From positions 1-64,000 of the IMG/VR virus record IMGVR_UViG_3300035521_000126: a DNA stretch of 64,000 nucleotides; one strand, written 5' to 3'. The notes under the pieces were generated by a model. The model saw nothing but the letters and a program-made list of their open reading frames with translations, searched no databases and was not told the origin of the DNA. The translations under genes and the position numbers were made by a program. Within the stretch, counting starts at the first letter, position 1. Each line of letters opens with the position of its first letter. This stretch comes from an uncultured virus (IMG/VR IMGVR_UViG_3300035521_000126) (lineage: Duplodnaviria > Heunggongvirae > Uroviricota > Caudoviricetes). Positions 63,601 to 64,000 of this stretch are shown piece after piece.

Positions 63601-64000
63601 TTATTCATAAATCATAAAGTCTTTCCCATAAATTGAATTGCACATATCAAATACGCGCCCCATACCCAAACCAGATTCACTAGGCATCCAAATTTGTTTT
63701 GGATTCCAAATATCTTTATTGGTATTTAAAGAATCATATTGTGGGTTGTCTACCCATTGACCTCCATTAATACAATAATCATATTGTTTTGGGTGCGTCC
63801 AAGCCAATCTCTGAAAACGTGTTTCGCCCTTTTCAAGATGTAAACCATAAGCACAAAAAATACATCCTGTTCTAGTACAACCAGTGCATAAAAATTTTCC
63901 AGATTTTTCGTCTTTTATGATTTCACCATAAACAGAACAAATTTGAAGCCCATATTTTACAATATATTCAAATATATCCTGTTCTGTCCAAAACGACAAA
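63601..64000 (-). CDS. PAPS-reductase-family protein, C-terminal part (truncated by window)
   Basis: FWTEQDI..Y, TG..RTGCIFC motifs. Confidence 0.7.
   Translation of the reverse strand, partial: LSFWTEQDIFEYIVKYGLQICSVYGEIIKDEKSGKFLCTGCTRTGCIFCAYGLHLEKGETRFQRLAWTHPKQYDYCINGGQWVDNPQYDSLNTNKDIWNPKQIWMPSESGLGMGRVFDMCNSIYGKDFMIYE

Overview
A 64-kb segment of a large, AT-rich tailed phage (or prophage), probably of a gut Clostridia/Bacillota host (inferred from the sortase-anchored protein, RecU, XkdX and sigma-A-type promoters). Positions 1-42.9 kb (+) are the late region: capsid, neck, tail tube, tape measure, baseplate and fibres, a diversity-generating retroelement (DGR) and lysis genes. Positions 42.9-64 kb (-) hold the early, replication and nucleotide-metabolism genes (thyX, dut, five DNA methyltransferases, dnaE, primase-helicase, SSB) plus a tRNA/ncRNA cluster. 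The ORF track is fragmented for two reasons. (1) TAG is a sense codon, probably Gln (code 15): I count 29 in-frame TAGs in 14 + strand genes. (2) Seven ORF-less group I introns are present. Five interrupt the tape measure gene (one exon is only 10 nt, and two introns have non-canonical splice-site features), one interrupts a Gly-rich gene and one interrupts dUTPase. The most unusual element is a CCA-ending tRNA scaffold (62653-62769, -). Its anticodon arm is replaced by a circularly permuted copy of a small RNA motif that also occurs, unpermuted and free-standing, about 10 nt upstream. All calls come from reading the sequence by eye; no database searches were run.
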